Assembly (NCBI RefSeq): GCF_009834535.1
Contig: NC_045696.1
Span: forward strand, 37,884,001-37,948,000
DNA: 64,000 nucleotides
Source: Camelus ferus
Taxonomy: Eukaryota
Direction of reading: 5' to 3'
Shown: positions 53,043 through 64,000 of the stretch, piece after piece
How the letters are laid out: the number at the start of each line of letters is the position of its first letter
Numbering within the stretch: the first letter of the stretch is position 1
The notes under the pieces: generated by a model
The model's input: the letters and a program-made list of their open reading frames with translations, nothing else
Told to the model about the DNA's origin: nothing
Databases searched by the model: none
Position numbers and translations under genes: made by a program

Positions 53043-55209
53043 TTTTTGGTAAAGCAGGGTACACATTTATGCACTCACCATCCTTTCCCTCATTAGCCCT
53101 TGCTTCTAAAGGAGCACTTTAGGTACCTCAGGTTAAGATACAAAAAAATATTGAATAGTTTCTTTCCTTTATTCAAAATTATAAATTATCTCATTAAGAC
53201 AACTATTTCATAAATCAATGAGTGAAAGGTGAGAATTATAATATGCATTAATATAATAAATTGGTAAGTTTATATATTATACAAAGATTTGTAAAATCTT
53301 ATGTGTTCTATGATATTATTGCTTTATTTTAATAAACATCAAAAATATAATTAAAACATGGTAAAGCTAGTGTATCTATATGTTTTAAAATGATTCAGAT
53401 ATATTTAGAATAGAAAAATACTTTTAATAATATGTTTATCAAAAAATTACAAATAACTGCTACATTTTAACTACATGAGTTAGAAAATGCAATAAAGAAA
53501 CGTGATAGAGTTTGGCTAGGTTAGAAAGCTTCTAACTGTCAATGATCAAAACCTTAGCTTTATTAGAATTTAGCTTGCATCAGGAAGAAGTCACTCAGGC
53601 TTGAAGTTCAAAAAGGAAATTTAGTACATAAAACTGAGTAGCATGAGATGCAGAGAACATTTAACTAGATTTTATATATAAACAGTGAATATCCAGAACC
53701 CTTCTGACAGTTATTAGAGACCCACCCAGAACTGTGATAGGAAGGCGCTTTGTAAATAAGATTCTAGAGTAAACCTAGTGATTCATAATGATTACACAAA
53801 CTAAACTCACTTAGAATTGCAGTATCATTTTGTAGGCTTAATTGTTTTCCAAGTTGAATTATTTTTTAAAGATACCCAAGTCCAGATGAATAGCAAAACA
53901 GATGTAGTTTTATAAATACCTCCCTTATATAAATGGCTTAAACACTCCTTAAGTGTAAAAGTCTTATCATAGAAAATTTAGAGTTAGATTTATGACCAAA
54001 TATGTCAATATTTGAACAAAAATAATTTTCTCCCAGTTCAATTGTAAGAGTACTGAAAACACATTTTAATATTTTTAGGTAATTTAGATCATCTTAGAAA
54101 CTCTTTGCAAAATTTTTAATAAAATAATTTGTGAGAGACTAATGTGACTGGAGCATATATTTGTCTAACAATTGCATAAAATTATTTATTAGTAAATCTT
54201 ATTATTAATTAAATATATTAATTAGATTTTTTTCCTTTCTTGATTAATGAGAAATTTTTAATTAAGCCTCTACATTTTTATTGATTTGAGGACCATTTTC
54301 CTAAGCATATCCTCTGAGGTTTATTTGAATACTTGCCATCATGGCTACTTCTCTGGATTCATGTTAATCTACTTAAAATCAAGTCTTAGCAGGAAGCATC
54401 CATTGCTCTAGAATTCCCATACGTAATTTTCAGTGATCTCTACTCTGGGAAATAACTGTTCTCATTCTACATGCTCTGTTTCCTTCTCAACTTTTGCTCA
54501 TCCTTTATTTCTTACCCAGTTTAGAATAAGGGGTCTTGGTGAGACATATAGCAAATAAGCTTCTTTCTAACCTTTCTTTTTGTGCAGAGTATCTGAAACC
54601 TACTGACTATACCATGCTCAGATTTTATATCTTAACCCAGTTATGGCTGCAAAAGGCTATAAAAATTAGTAAGATAGTCTTCTTGTACTAGCCTGAGGAA
54701 ATCTGCATCTAGAAGATGGGAAAAAAACTATATATATAAAGCAATATAAAGGCATTTTTAAAATACTGGAAAAGTGACTGACAGATAGTGTGCAGCCTGC
54801 ATGCCCTAAAGAAGTTCAAAAGACTTCAAAGAAGGAGACAACAATTATTTCCTTCTCTCCCCCGCCCACCCTCTGCCAAAATCAAGATTCAGATTGACCA
54901 AAGGAAGGAGTTCAGTTCTAAATATGGAAAATAATTGTGTGTTTTGGGTGAGGGGTGTATTTCAAATACATAGAGTTAAAGGTGACTGAAAAACAGTTAT
55001 GTACCCAAATACACTTCTCCCAGAACCCAAACCACTAAGTGGCATTTAACCAAGCATTCTTTTATTTTTGCATCTAGTCTAAAAGTGATTATCTAACAAT
55101 TCACTTTCTATAAAATATCAAAACTATTAGTCAAACTTTGGGCTACTGGAAGCCAATTTACAAATTCATTCTTGATATATTTTGTAAATTTTCATTTCAA
55201 ATATGTTTA

Positions 55210-56270
55210 AAAACACAGATAATCTTGGGTTTGGTGATGTTTTTTTTAGATACAACATGAAAGACACAACCCATGGAAGAAATATTTTAGACATCATTAA
55301 AATTTAAAAGTTCTACTCTGTGGAAAATATTGTCAGAGAGTGAGAAGACAAGACACAGACTAGGAAAAATATTTGCAAAAGGCATACTTGATAAAAGAAC
55401 TATTAAAAATCAACAATAAGAAAATGAAAACCCTGATTAAAAACATGGGAGAAAGATCTGAACTGACACCTGACCAAAGAAGACAAGTAAACATATGAAA
55501 AAAAAATGCCCAACATTAGATGTCATTACAGAATGGTAAATTAAAACAACACTGAGATACCACTACACACATATTAGAATGGACAAAAATTGAAACATTT
55601 ACAACACCAAGTGCTGGCTGTACAGGGGTGTTTATTGTAGCTGTATTCATCAGCGCCAAAACTTAAAAGCAACCAAGATGTCCTTCAGTAGGTAAATGGA
55701 TAAACGAACTGTGGTATATCCAGACAACGCAGTATTATTCAGGGTGAAAAAGAAATGAGGTGCAATCCATAAAAAAAAGATATGAAGGAATCTTAAATGC
55801 GTATTACTAATGAAAGAAGCCAAATTGAAAAGGCTACATACTAAATGATTCCAACTATATGTCTTTCTGGACAAGGCAAAACTATGAAGACAGTAAAAAG
55901 ATCAGTGGTTTCCAGGGGCCAGGGGAGGGGGAGGAATGAATAGGCAGAGCTCAGAGGATTTTTAGGGCAGTGAAAATACTCTGTGTGATAATATAAAGGT
56001 GAGTACATGTCATTACACATTTGTCAAAACCCATAGAATGCACAACAAAAAGAGCGAATGTTAACATAAACTATAGACTTTCGGTGGTAATGATGTGTCA
56101 ATGTAGGTTAATCAATTGTAACACATGCACCACTCTAGTGTGAGGTGTTAAATTAAGGGGGAGGCTCTGAATGTGTAGGGTCATGAGGCATATGGCAACT
56201 CTGTGTACTTTCTGCTTAATTTTGCTGTGAACATACAGCTGTTCTACAACTAAACTCAATCTTAAAAACT
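55210..56270 (+). mobile_element. L1MC1/2-type ORF2 end plus 3' UTR
   Basis: ggcaaaactatgaagacagtaaaaagatcagtggtttccagggg...gaataggcagagc.cagaggatttttagggcagtgaaa...aaactatagacttt...gatgtgtcaatgtagg. Confidence 0.9.
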
Positions 56271-56854
56271 TAAATCCAAACCAAGTAAATTACTATCTCC
56301 ACACATGTAACCCCCTAATTTGATTTTCCTTTAAATACATGGACTCTAGATAAGAAAGTCACTATCACTAAGGTATTAAGTATAATATTTTCGCCCAAAC
56401 AACTTTTATGTGTAAATAAAACGTGAATGCATTTTTAAATATGTGATGTCATAAATAACAATTCTCCATGAAAATTAAGTAATAATAGCTGAAAATCACA
56501 CATTTTAATTTTGTTGAAGAGAAATAATGAACCAACAAGTTTTGTTTGTGTTTTCATGGATTGATGGTAGACTGTTTTTTTCCCCCTATATTAAGACATT
56601 TATTCTTAGTTTTTGTTTGGATTTGGTCTCTTTTCATAATTTTCCCCTGGAATATGTTTAACATTTTGTTATTTATGTGCTTCTACAGTATTTTATTTAT
56701 TGTTATTGGGCCTTATGCCAATAGGAAGCGATTCTTACTCTGGCCGTCTTCCATGAGTGATTATTATCATTTCCTCCTCTCTCATCATTTCCATCATATT
56801 GTTTTTTCCCTCTGCAATCTGAATAAGTATATTCAAGTTGTTCTCCATGTCTTT

Positions 56855-56936
56855 TTCCTTCCTTCCTTCCTTCCTTTCTTCCTTCCTTCCTTCCTTCCTT
56901 CCTTCCTTCCTTCCTTCCTTCCTTCCTTCCTTCCTT
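56855..56936 (+). repeat. (CCTT)n tetranucleotide microsatellite
   Basis: Seen directly. It explains ORFs 56546-57013, 56735-56977 and 56838-57023. Confidence 0.97.
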
Positions 56937-57419
56937 GTCAGTTCCCTATTGCAATGCTGCAAGTACTTCTGTGTCATCTACGCAAACAAGAAAATTACAA
57001 ATCTTGCATTTAGAGGACTCTAGTGAAATGGATGAGTCCCTGCCCAGTCACGCTAAATTTAGTCCAATCAGTTAACAAGCCTGCGTACTCTACTGGAACT
57101 TCTGATTAGCTTCTCATGAAACATAAATAAAAGTGGACAGACAAGGATAATAAACTATCTGTGGAATGTCTCTACTATAAAAGAAAGACAACAAAACCAA
57201 CAAATAGAAGCAATGGACATAAAGGTAAATAAAGCCAATTTTGAAAGGAAATCAAATTATAAATAAATATATAACTAGTATTATTCTATTGAAATGAGAA
57301 TATGTTGACCTGGTACACAAGATTGGTAATGTTTTAATAAAGCAACAAAGAGAATCAGAAAGAATTACAAATTAAGAAAATGGCAGCAAAAGTTTAAAAT
57401 TAATAGAACAAAGTTTTCC

Positions 57420-59350
57420 ATTTCCAAGAAGAAATAGCTGATACTCTATTCCATCCTTTAAGTATAAACAGAACTCTGGATGTTACATATAAGACATATA
57501 TATAAAGACACTGACAAGTAGAGAGAAGACAGCAACCAGCTAAGAATCTCATGACCCTAAGAACAAAATGGTAGTGACTTTCCTGGGTTTCCTTTTTGCC
57601 TCCTATATTCCAGATTTGATGCTAAAGAATCTGGAAAGACAAAATTGGGCACAATCTAAAAACAAAAAAACAAAATCCCAACAAAAACCAACAGACTCAG
57701 AAAGGGGCAGCAGAACACAGGAAAACATAACTGCCAGGAACCACTGTGCTAGCCAGCTAAACACCACAGGAGGGGAAAACTGTGTCTACTTCTAGTCTTA
57801 CCAGCAAAGACCAAGGAGGTAACCTAGGCTTCCACACTGGCTGGACTGTAATGAGGAGCCCCAACTCCCCTACCTCCAGGTGTGGTGTCAGCTAAGGTAA
57901 AGTCAAGAGCTTGGATTTTCATCCCCAATGGGCTGTAACAAGCTCCCAAGACACCAGGAGGGATGATGCAGGGAACTTGGGTTTCTATCCACATCTGACA
58001 GTAAGGAGGGGTACTTCCCTCTTCCTCTGAGGTCATGTCAGAGGGGCCAAGAAAAGGCCTCCTTACCATTATCTAACAGTAAGGAGGTTAATTCTCCCCA
58101 GAACTCCCACCTGAGGTGTCAGTACAGGTCATGTGGGGAGCTATAATGAGGCACTCCTATCCGTCCCAGTCAGGGAACTGTCAGAGGGGCCCAGTGGTGA
58201 GCCAGAAGTCCCACCCCACTAAACAAGAGAAGTGCTCCCCCTCCCAAGGTATCAGTGGAGGCCAATAGATAAACTGGACTTCTGCCCCCACTTGGCAGTA
58301 ATGAGATGGTACTTCTGCCAGAGAGGTGTCAGAGGAAGCCAGATAAAACAAAGTTTGAATAAGATCCAGAGCCTCATAACGTTATACTCAAATGGTTAGA
58401 TTTCAAATAAAAATAATGTATTATATAGAAAGATCAAAACCAGGAAGATCCCAAACTATATGAAAAAATATTATCAATTATATATGAACACTAAGATGAC
58501 AAGGTTAGACATATCTGACAAAGATTTTTAAGCAGCCAGCATCTTAGCTCTGCCACCTTCCAGTTTTTACATTAAGGAAGTTAAAAGAAAAATGAGTGTA
58601 ACTATCAAAGCATTATAATGATCATATGAGCACACAAATAAAAATTGTTTGGCACCTAAATAAATCAACAAATTGGCCACCATAAAAATGCTTTGATGGG
58701 TAAATATGAACATGCTTGAAACAAATGAGAAAATAGAAAGTCTCAACAAGGAAGTAGAAGATATAAAGAAGAACAAAATGAAAATAAAATAACTGAAAAA
58801 TAAATGAAATTTTAAAACTCCAAAGATATGTTCAACAATAGAATGGAGAGGACAGAATAAATAATAAGTAAATTGAAAACTATAACAAAGAAAATTACCC
58901 AATCTGACAAACAGAGATAAAAGTACAAGGAAAAAATGAGTAGAGATACAGGAATCTGGGAACTATTAACAAAAGATCTAACTTTTGAGCCACTGGAATC
59001 CCAGAAGGCAAGCAGAAAGAGGACAGGGCTAAAAAACGGTCCTGAGTAAATCATAACAAGTAATATAAACCTAAATTTGTCGAGTAATATAAACCTATAT
59101 ATTCAAGATGTGAGCAATCCTCAAACAGGATACACCACAAGAAGCTATTGTAATCCAAGACACATTATAGTCAAACTTCCAAAACTAAAATACAAAACCT
59201 AGAAAGCAGCAAGACAGAAATCACACCTTATCTATAGAGAACTGGCAGTTCAAATAAGAGCAGATTCCTCATCAGAACCATGGAGAAAGTATTATCAGAG
59301 ACAGAGAAGTAAGTAGCAAACACCCCTCAAGTGCTACAAGAAAACAAATT
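57420..59350 (+). mobile_element. Old L1M 5' UTR and ORF1 remnant
   Basis: GC-richer repetitive 5' UTR (57820-58340), then A-rich ORF1-like gaaacaaatgagaaaatagaaagtctcaacaaggaagtagaagatataaagaagaac...agacacattatagtcaaactt...agcagattcctcatcagaa. Confidence 0.8.
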
Positions 59351-59830
59351 TAAAAAGATAGATGTTTCAGAAAGAGAGAACAGGGACAAGGGTGCAAACT
59401 GTTATTCAAGTACATAATCACTATAAGGTTAGAGTGTGGAAGGAAATATATGAAATTTTTAAAAGCTCTCAGTAGCTTGGGACAGTGAATGTGAAAATAT
59501 CAACTTTAGGCAAACAAGGGAGAAATGTAGGACAAAGGAATGATGGGAAATTCCTAAATCCTTTCACAAGAAGAAAGGTTTAGTATGTCAATGATCAGAT
59601 ATCAGAAGGGCATGAAATTTTTCACACCTATCTCATAAGTTTGTAAAACCTGTTTCAGCATCTGTCCCTAAACAAGCAGTTGTATTTTATTAAATGTTTT
59701 AAAATAAACAAAAGGAAAAAAGTTCAACCACATAGGAATAATAAACTCACTCAGATATTAGCCTTCCTAAAATCAGAATTTTAAACAGTGATTAACCTAA
59801 AGTATAACAGAGGGCAAATATTTTATAATT

Positions 59831-59910
59831 TCTTTTTTTTTTTTACATTTTTTTCTCTGTGAGTTATCGTAACATTTTGTGTATATTTCCCTGTCCTATA
59901 CAGTGTAATC
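59831..59910 (-). mobile_element. Short young L1 3' UTR fragment
   Basis: Reverse complement of 22378-22444 (attatactgtatagcacagggaaatatatacaagatcttatggtagctcacagagaaaaaaaatgt), followed on the - strand by an A run. Confidence 0.8.
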
Positions 59911-60722
59911 TTTTTAAATAGGAAAATTTTTGCAAACAGTATTGCAAATAAGCAATAAGTTATCTTCCATCTTGTAAACAATTAGATGTTTGCTTATTTG
60001 TCAGAAATAATGCAAATTTGAATATTAAAAGGAAAATACATATGATTAAAAATTACTATGACATTTACCTTTGGCAAACAAAAGAATTTAATTCTATTAA
60101 AATTAGATGGAGAATCAACTGTTACACAGTTATTAGAAAAAATAAAATCTATCAGAGATAAATATCATATCCTAAGGAAATGAGAAACATACAATGACTG
60201 AACTTAGTTAATTTTGACCTTGTAATTCATCTCGAGAGCCAAAATTAATGAAGAAAACTTGAGATTACAACTGAAGAAACCCAAAACAAATGCTTAGCCT
60301 AAGAGACACCAAACATAATTGGACTTTAACAGAGCAAATCTAGGCCAAACAGCACAGAGTAGATATAAAAGCGTAAATGACATTGCTGGACATTAATATG
60401 CCCCTACTTTGCATTTGTTGTTGCAATGATATTATTGGCTACAGTTCATTTATTTTGCAGGAAAAATTCATGCATTCAATGACAGAATAGTACTGAATGT
60501 AACATTTATTTAACATTGTTTAAATGATCAAGCAAAATAAACAGAAATTTTTCTTACTATAATATCATCTATTTGTTGTTTCTTTTTGTTGATTTTCCAT
60601 TCAGGAATACTGGTGTTGCTTTAAACACATATGCATATGTATACATCCACACATTGATAGATTAATTTATTAAATAATGCAATTTGTACAGTATTTTCCT
60701 TCCCTTTCTTCTTTACTTTCAG

Positions 60723-61522
60723 TAGAGCAAAAAGTAGTATAAGAAACCTGTATTTAATGCTTAAAAAGTAAATACTAGTGTATCTTTAAAGTGGAGTGAC
60801 CTGAGAATATTGATTATGGTTATAAAAGGCAGAAAGAGAAATAACACACTTTTTGGACCAATATTGCAACACTCAATAGAACAGACTTCATTTTCTGAAT
60901 CCAAAGTGTTTTTTAATGTCTTTTCCCATGTCATGCTCAAGGGATTCGGCTGGCATAGTTCAGAGCAGCAGGGATTCAAGTTTGAAACCACATTGTACAC
61001 AGCCTAGAAATCAAACTTGCCTGGGCAAGAAGATATTAGGAATCACCTATGAAGGAATTCACCCTAAGGAAAAAGTAGAGTCTCAGAAATTTGATTCATT
61101 ATGTCATAATGGTCATTACATCAAAGCTGGAGAAAAGAGCAATTCTAAATAGTAGGAAGTTTACCATCCCCAAGATTGTTCTTATTATATAAGTTCTCAT
61201 ACGTGTATATTTGAGTCACAATATTTTAAAAATCCATAAAAATGGACATAAAATAATAGGAAATGGGAAAAGAAAAAGATTTAGCACACTGAGTGTCCAC
61301 GCGCGAGCCCTACTGGTATTGAGAGAGTCACTACCTGTGAAAGACATCTTCCAAACTCAGGGACAGGCATCGATGTCAAGAGGAAACAGCTGCATTGCTA
61401 CCATAGATAGATATCCATGGTCCTGCCACCGTTGTCAGCATCAACATTAACAGCATACAAGAATTACTATGCCTCAGTGGCCCCAAACAGGAGACATAAA
61501 AGTAACAGATACAATATGGCAG
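60723..61522 (+). pseudogene. Candidate large relic exon (800 nt)
   Basis: Strong acceptor ttttccttccctttcttctttactttcag and donor CAG|gtaaga (alternative CAG|gtgagt at 61550). ORF 60916-61152 and the reading HTECPRASPTGIERV...MVLPPLSASTLTAYKNYYASVAPNRRHKSNRYNMA share one frame, ending in phase 1. Confidence 0.4.
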
Positions 61523-62706
61523 GTAAGAAAACTAGATCATGAAGCACAGGTGAGTCACAGCCACAGGTTTCTAGAAAAAAACTGTATTGTTATCTTCTGA
61601 CAGATATGTCCTGGGAACAAAGGTTTCACAGTCATAACAGTGGAGTATGGTGGTGAAAAGTTTGGGAGACTCTGACCCCACCATCATGACTTACCCCTTT
61701 ACACTAGAGAGGCTTCATCAGGATTTGTTACCTGGTTCATTTAATAAGAGCAACAATTAACAACTTTACCTAGAAAAAATGTTCATGTCTTCCTCTAGAG
61801 CAGCCACCAAAAAGCATGTCCATGCTACTTAAAATGTAGTAGAATATCAGAAAAGAACTGCAATGCATAGGAATCATAAAGTAGTCAAGCTAACCACAGA
61901 GAAATCTAAGCTCAAATTAAAGTATATCTAAATGAGTCTATTATAATCATACTGTCATAGTTGATGTTGCCGCCTGGTCAGAAAGTACTCTTTATTTTGT
62001 TTTGTTTTGTTTTCTTTGAGGATGACAACAAAATTATGTGAGACCAGCCATGTTTTAGAATTCGGGGGATATAATCACAAAGTAAAATGCCAGTAACAGA
62101 GCATATATTGAGATTACTTCCAATAATGGTCTCATTTTAAACACACGTGGTAAGGAATTTCAAAATCTGTTTGGTAGTGCATAGATATAGCTCTGGAATA
62201 TGTCACTGGTTTTCAGAATCTTTGAATCACGATTATCAACTCTGTTTTGTTAACATGGAAAATGACCACATGCTATGATCATGACTTTTTAAGAATAATA
62301 TTGGCTTCCACCCTGCTTATCCCCAATTTAGCACATAAACAACATGGTCTACTTTTGGTTAAATATCCCCCCAATGTCTATTCAGTAATCATAGATATGT
62401 TCTTAGCCATCTTTCTAAATGACTAATACTGGACTGATGAGGACAAGAATATGTTTAAACTGTACATATTCATTTAGTTTTTACCTGAGCTACATTACTG
62501 ATCACTTCTTACAAGCTTCATCATTCCCAAGATCTCTGCTACTCACATTGTTATTTGTGTTAATTCATACTTGTTTTATTTACATTATGTTGTAATTACA
62601 TAGCAAAATAACTGAGACAATTAAAGTGTTTACATATTTTTCTTCTAAAAGAGATTCATAGAGTTTTCAAAAGTTACATAAAGCAGAGTTTTTCTTCTTT
62701 ATTTAG

Positions 62707-62869
62707 GTGTACATATAAAATATATGTGATGAAAACATATGTAATAGTTTTCCTGCCATAAATATGCTCTTTGGGAAGAGATAAAATAGCAAGTATATGT
62801 GGATACACTTTATAAATCGAAGACCATTTCACGTACAAAGTGTTGATCTTCTTACTCATAATACTATTT
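62707..62869 (+). pseudogene. Candidate relic exon (163 nt)
   Basis: Acceptor tttttcttctttatttag and donor gtaagt. Stops occur in all frames. Confidence 0.35.
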
Positions 62870-63514
62870 GTAAGTAAGATGAGAATTTTTGTTCTTTGAT
62901 CTCCAAGACCAAATGCAGTAAAAACACAAAAGAACTTGCCCAACATTAACAAACCTTCATTATTTAGATAAAATAAATATCTAACAGCTTTTTAAAAATT
63001 ATTTGACAGGAAACTTATAACCACTTTCCATTCCTAATCATATTATGCCCAATGTTTTAAATGCCAGACTAAATTTCAATGAACCACATCAAAACAAAGT
63101 GGCATTATTAGTTTGAATTCTGACCATAAGGAAATGCCCTTAAGGTGCGATTTTAGGAGCCTCCTTCACTAGTTTTAACGAATATTACAGCACTTTGCCT
63201 CTGTTGACTCTTTTCATAAATAACCCTTGACCAGCCTACTACCCTTTCTTGAACTACCCTTCAATAATTTTTAGGACATTAGTGGTTTAATTCCTTTTAC
63301 TCTCATTAATGATTAGTACATACTGCTGAGTTTAGCCAATTAAGCAATGTGACATATTCTCATGAATCACTAATTTCAAAAATAGCGTAACCTTATTTTT
63401 TATATACTTCATTAGGCCACAAAGTAATTTGTTTTAATGTTTAAGTTTCGAGACTTCCCATATACAGTAAAAAAAAAATGGCTATTACTATATTTATTCT
63501 TTTATATTTTGCAG

Positions 63515-63955
63515 GAGTATAGATAAAGCAATTTCAAAAGATTATTAAAACTCCACTGTCTACCATTTCAATCTGTCAATGAGAAAATATATTGCATTTT
63601 AATCATGTCCAAATTCAAGGCATGACAAATGGTGTTGGAAAATGTTAAAATGTTCACACAACGCAAACCTCATTTAAAAAAAATCAAACAGTCCTTGGAA
63701 TGAAGTTTTCAATAGTGGCCTTTGGAAGCAATGACCAACTTTTATTTACTTTTACTAATTTGATCAGTAAGAATAGAACCAACATTTTACACACTATTAT
63801 TTTATAGAAACTGAGTGTACAATCAAAAAACAATACTGATTGGCAAAGGATATAAGGTGACGTGAGGCAGACTCAGGGAACATCAAGTTCAAACACATGA
63901 GAACAGAAAGAGTTTGAGTGTTGACAGAAAATAAAATATATTTATCAAGGAACTG
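63515..63955 (+). pseudogene. Candidate relic exon encoding a C2-domain-like fold (441 nt, phase 1-1)
   Basis: Acceptor tttattcttttatattttgcag and donor CTG|gtaagt. With compensating frameshifts it reads KIIKLHCLPFQSVNEKIYCILIM...PWNEVF/SIVAFGSNDQLLFTFTNL...ILHTIIL*KLSVQSKNNTDWQRI...EFEC*QKIKYI. Confidence 0.45.
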
Positions 63956-64000
63956 GTAAGTAAGGGACAAGATGGCAGACACTGGGGAGACAGGCCAGTT

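Noticed and set aside
56546..57023. 155-aa membrane-protein-like ORF
   Set aside because: Produced by T-rich sequence plus the (CCTT)n microsatellite.
62674..62980. About 100 open codons on the - strand with weak splice-like ends
   Set aside because: It overlaps a + strand segment with much stronger splice sites, and no homology is recognisable. Treated as an antisense shadow, though not formally excluded.
63767..63807. Internal gtaaga...ttatag as an intron
   Set aside because: At 41 nt it is below the usual minimal mammalian intron size, and reading straight through preserves the frame and the C2-like pattern.
60723..63955. Naming the relic as C2CD6/ALS2CR11, FSIP2 or PIK3C2G
   Set aside because: Only generic C2-like or short motif resemblance. 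There is no convincing match to those proteins as I recall them.
263..63982. Most 60-110 aa ORFs in the supplied track as standalone genes
   Set aside because: This is intron-type eukaryotic DNA. The ORFs are antisense L1/Tigger/LTR readings, microsatellite translations or chance AT-rich frames.

Overview
AT-rich, CpG-poor mammalian genomic DNA. The youngest LINE-1 3' ends are cetartiodactyl-like and I see no Alu, Bov-tA/BovB, PRE-1, CHR or Can-SINE, so a camelid source is the most likely inference. No intact, recognisable protein-coding gene, RNA gene or CRISPR array is present. A large part of the window is interspersed repeats: young and old L1, L2, MIR, Tigger1, Tigger5/MER47, MER58A, MER21, MLT1/MLT2, LTR33, an ERVL remnant and several ERV1-type LTRs, many with readable target-site duplications (TSDs). 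The most interesting signal lies in the non-repeat gaps. A series of + strand segments bounded by consensus splice sites (about 17.5-64 kb) translate into stop-riddled but protein-like text. The last is a 441-nt phase 1-1 exon that reconstructs into a C2-domain-like pattern. I read this as a possible decayed multi-exon gene (unitary pseudogene) that I cannot name. A second pair of relic exons lies on the - strand at 1-700. Repeat subfamily names are from memory of consensus sequences and need RepeatMasker/Dfam confirmation. The relic-gene model is inference and needs homology searches.
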